From: Eledone cirrhosa | Taxonomy: Eukaryota | Assembly (NCBI GenBank): GCA_964016885.1 | Contig: OZ024743.1 | Location: 345,712,001-345,776,000, forward strand | DNA length: 64,000 nucleotides | Direction of reading: 5' to 3' | Part shown: positions 60,254-64,000 of the stretch, piece by piece | Numbering within the stretch: the stretch's first letter is position 1 | How the letters are laid out: every line of letters starts with the position of its first letter | Program-made: the position numbers and the translations under genes | The notes under the pieces: model-generated | What the model was told of the DNA's origin: nothing | Databases searched by the model: none | Seen by the model: the letters and a program-made list of their open reading frames with translations, nothing else

Positions 60254-62369
60254 GTAATAATAATAAATTTGAAGACTAAAGATCATAGCTAATGGTGTGG
60301 CCACCTCCATATTATATGGTGGGTTATACCATATAATGCGTCGGGATTTATTTTTCCTAGGTCTATGCTCTTTGGTTATCGTGTCTTTGAGCTCTGCTGA
60401 TGATCGATTCCAACCGTGACCATCCCCACTGAGAGTTTCGTGAAATAGTTCTTTTTAAGACTATACAGAGCATTTGTAAATTTTCCAAATTGAAGGATGA
60501 GTATTTTAAACTTTATTTTATTCTGAGTTAAGGCTCCATTGATTTTTCCCTGGATTTTACTAAATTCTGTGGATGAATCTATATCCTAATTCTTTTTGAA
60601 TTGAGATTGAATTATTTTCCCACATCTTACGTTAACTATTTTTCCATTTTAACGCTATAGTCACTTATATATTATGGAATACTGTTGGGTTCTTGCTCAC
60701 AATAATTTCTATACTTTTCATTTATATATATATATATATATATAGTAAATTATGAAGCTTCAGGCAAATTTGAAATTTGGAATTAAATATGCGGTCTGTT
60801 ATATATGCGAATACTATGAAAATATTTGGATAGGTTGCGTAAATTAATCCTGGGAACGGAAATATTTACATGGAAAATTTCTGCGGAAATTGAACCACAC
60901 ATCTCTCGGCATTTTTAACCATAAATGTTGCTCCACCCAACTGTATTTGCTAGAAAATATGTGAATATTGTGTCAAGTTAATTCGACTTGGAAAATAATT
61001 TAAGCATATAAGTGTCTGTCGAATACTCAGTTTGTTTCTCCTTACTTTACGTGTTCAGATTCTAGCACAACAAAAGTGCACTGTTTAAACCCCTCAGAAG
61101 TTATTTCACACCATTTAGCTCCCACGTGTTCGTGGTTAGTCTTTGAATATGAAGCTGATTAGATCGAATCGAAATATTCTTGTTGAATCGCCTAAGTGCC
61201 ATAGTCGGTATGGTGATTTTATTAACACCACAACCGCTGTAATTCAATTATTGTCCCATAGGTCACGTACGACAAAGGAGGATTTGTTTTGTTTTTCTTT
61301 TTTCATAATTGTTAGATATGATACAACTGTCCGAGGATGTCTTGGTATGTTACTAGAACCAAGCTAAAAACAACTTGGGAGATTATCATAGACAACCCAT
61401 CAGTGAATGTATAGATACGTGAATTTCTTGTAATTTTGAGATCAATATCTTTGTGTAGGAAAATTCTGAGGCCAGTGACAACAGATGTAGATATTTACAC
61501 CTGTTATGATAGATAACCGATGATAATTCAGTTGTTCAATTAACTGCAATTGCAACTCGTGAATTAGTATGCGAATGGTTGAGTATTCCATAGACATGTC
61601 TGATATTGTAATTCACAAGCCGAATGTGTCATGGTTGGTTGGATCTTTGAACTACACGAAAAATCCATCCTAGATCTTGCCATATAGCTTCCGTATACAC
61701 AGTTTCATTCACAGGACATGGTTCAAGACTATGGTAAAGACGTATGAGCAAGATGCCACGTAGCGGGATGAAATTCAAGACATCATGATTGCGCATTGAC
61801 GGTTTGATAATACGGTCTTGGATAATTTAGTAATAGTATGTTGGATATACATTATACGGGGCATTCACGAGTGGAACGCCTTTCATAATAGATATGTTAC
61901 TCCAGGAATGACCTGTCACTAAAATGATGGCGATATTGGGGGTGATATTGGGGATGATGGTGTCATCGGCTCTGGTATTGATGCTGATTGGGAAGTTGGA
62001 GCTTGTGTTGATGGTGATTATGGCGAGGATAATGAATGTGGTATTGATGGTATACTAATGTTGGTGTTGATAACTGTGTTGATATTAATGATCGTAATAG
62101 AAATTGTGTTGACGGTGACAATAGCATCAGTGTAATTATTTTTGTTTTTTGTTTAAATCCTCATCAAACCTGATCCATGAATCTTAATGTCAAAGGCATT
62201 CAAATAATATCGACATGAGTGAATAGTTAAGAAGTTCGCTGCAAAGTCATGATATTATTGGTGTAACTTCGCTGCCTGGCATCTTGGGCACATGTCTTTA
62301 TCATAGTCTCGGGTCGATGCAAGCCACGTCAATGTAATTCAGCAAACGTAAACAGTGTGGAAATTAGTT

Positions 62370-64000
62370 AGCCGGATCTCTCTTACACGCTACAACAGCT
62401 GTTCGACAGGACACCGCTAGTCAGTAATACACGGACTCCGGACGACTTCGTGCAGAACGGTTTCGTCGCTCTACGCGCATCTCGGGCAGCTCCATCTGAC
62501 AACACTTCCGTGTCTGTAAAGTTTATCCCCACGGTAGCACTAACAAGCGAGGGATTTTTGGAAGTTATCCATAGTCCCCGGCCTGAAGGTCCTACGGAAC
62601 AGACTGGTCAGTTCGACTTGGACAACGCTCAGAGCCTCTCCAAGTACGTTGTCGCACTTGCCCACCTCTAATCCTCTATAGAACTCGAGAGTGGAAGTTC
62701 CACTGACCACATTTCCAGCCTGGTAGAAAGCAGTGAGAACCTGGCAACATTCCAGAGGATATGCTCTCATTCTCGGTCTCTTGTTGATGCAGGGTTGAAG
62801 CTCAATCAAAATGACGGGCTGCTAAAAGCCTGTCTCACCAACAGCGACCACACCTGTTCACCGTTTAGGCAGAATATTTGGAGAGGCCTTAGCGTATAAT
62901 TGTGCATCATTAGCCACGGCATGCCCAGCCCTCTACGGAGAGGGTGCTGGCAGCAGACGGACAGCTTCACAAACGAAACCTGTCTACTCTACAAGAAGTT
63001 GAAGAGGAGCCGTACGAATGAGGGCAAGATAATAGACGGTAATAGATGACGGACGCAATGTACGTGTTCCTAACCACCCTCCCGCACGAACTTTTAGGGA
63101 CAGCTTCCTCTCTGTCCATTTTTGGCTGAGACTGGTTACTCTGTTCGTAACCTTGTCCCAATTATTATCCACCTGGGGGTCTTGTCTGAACCAGAATCCG
63201 TGAAACTTTACTAGTGCCCGACGACGCTGTTGAAAGGCATGGACTTGCCTCTCCAGGTGCCGAGCTGCAAGCCTACCAAGTTTTGCTCCCTCCAGCCTTT
63301 CATATTCCTTTGTTCATTGCAACAATCACTCCTCTGAAATGTGCCTGGAGGCCGTCTCAATGAAGTATCGCATAAGGTGGAATTTGTCGTGGATGGATCG
63401 TTTCAGAATCGTAAATATCAGCGTCTCTCCTACCAGAGTACCACCGACAAGCGCCAACAAAGTCGCTAAAACCCTGGCAAAAATTTTAAAATCACCATTT
63501 AACACAGTTATGGGCTTAAACTTGTAGATATAGTCTCCCTTGTTTGGGTACTTTCTCAGTAGCACCACTGCTCCTCGGCTCACAGAAGTGAGAATCCTCC
63601 CGTTCTGCTGCCAGTTGCCGTAGACATCTGCCAAGAGGTTACCGAATATGTATGACATGTAAACATAAAGCCCGTATGGAAGACCAGCCAAACTAGGTTA
63701 TTTACCCCTCGTGCAGCCCGTCATTGTCTCTCATATCTCACTTGTTGACGATTGTCGCTAATGCCCGATCAACTAATTCACTATCCGGTCTCTGTGAGCT
63801 TTACGCCCAGGAAAGAACGCATTCAGCTTTCAGTACCCGCACATTCGGTAAATGTAGTCGATGTCTGCCAGACAATTGAACTTGTCTGAATATATTTGCA
63901 AGGCTTTTTCACCACCTTTCGCTGTCTTCTAGCCACATAGTCGCAGCCTGAATTTAAGATACCCTCTAAGTTGCCCCTTAACACAGGACAATCCAGACGT
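62370..64000 (-). pseudogene. Decayed L1/Tx1-clade LINE ORF2 (reverse transcriptase)
   Basis: PGLAGLPYGLY..RGAVVLLRKYPNKGD..FKPITVLNGDFKIFARVLA..RSIHDKFHLMR and DNNWDKVTNRVTSLSQKWTERKLSLKVR; internal deletion and frameshifts. Confidence 0.85.

Overview
AT-rich, microsatellite-saturated animal genomic DNA. It is probably cephalopod (octopus-like), inferred from the Nin/Deu-core tRNA SINEs and the (TA)n density. I see no host protein-coding exon; nearly all listed ORFs are translations of simple repeats. The window holds a decayed Penelope-like element (RT thumb plus C-terminal GIY-YIG, about 19400-20747) and the endonuclease C-terminus of a second Penelope family. It also holds L1/Tx1-like and RTE-like LINE relics, two tRNA-SINE families, hAT, Tc1/mariner and piggyBac-type MITEs, and a non-autonomous Helitron. 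The main hidden signal is a dense set of (TA)n-flanked fold-back modules from many unrelated families. They carry type I hammerhead ribozyme motifs (about 20 full or decayed copies) with palindromic stem III, including U3-A8 core variants, ~100-nt stem II insertions and a retrozyme-like tandem unit. A second unexplained signal is a tandem pair of ~260-nt GC-rich elements at 10073-10625 with covarying helices, which looks like an unnamed structured RNA. All pairings were read by eye; nothing was folded or searched computationally.
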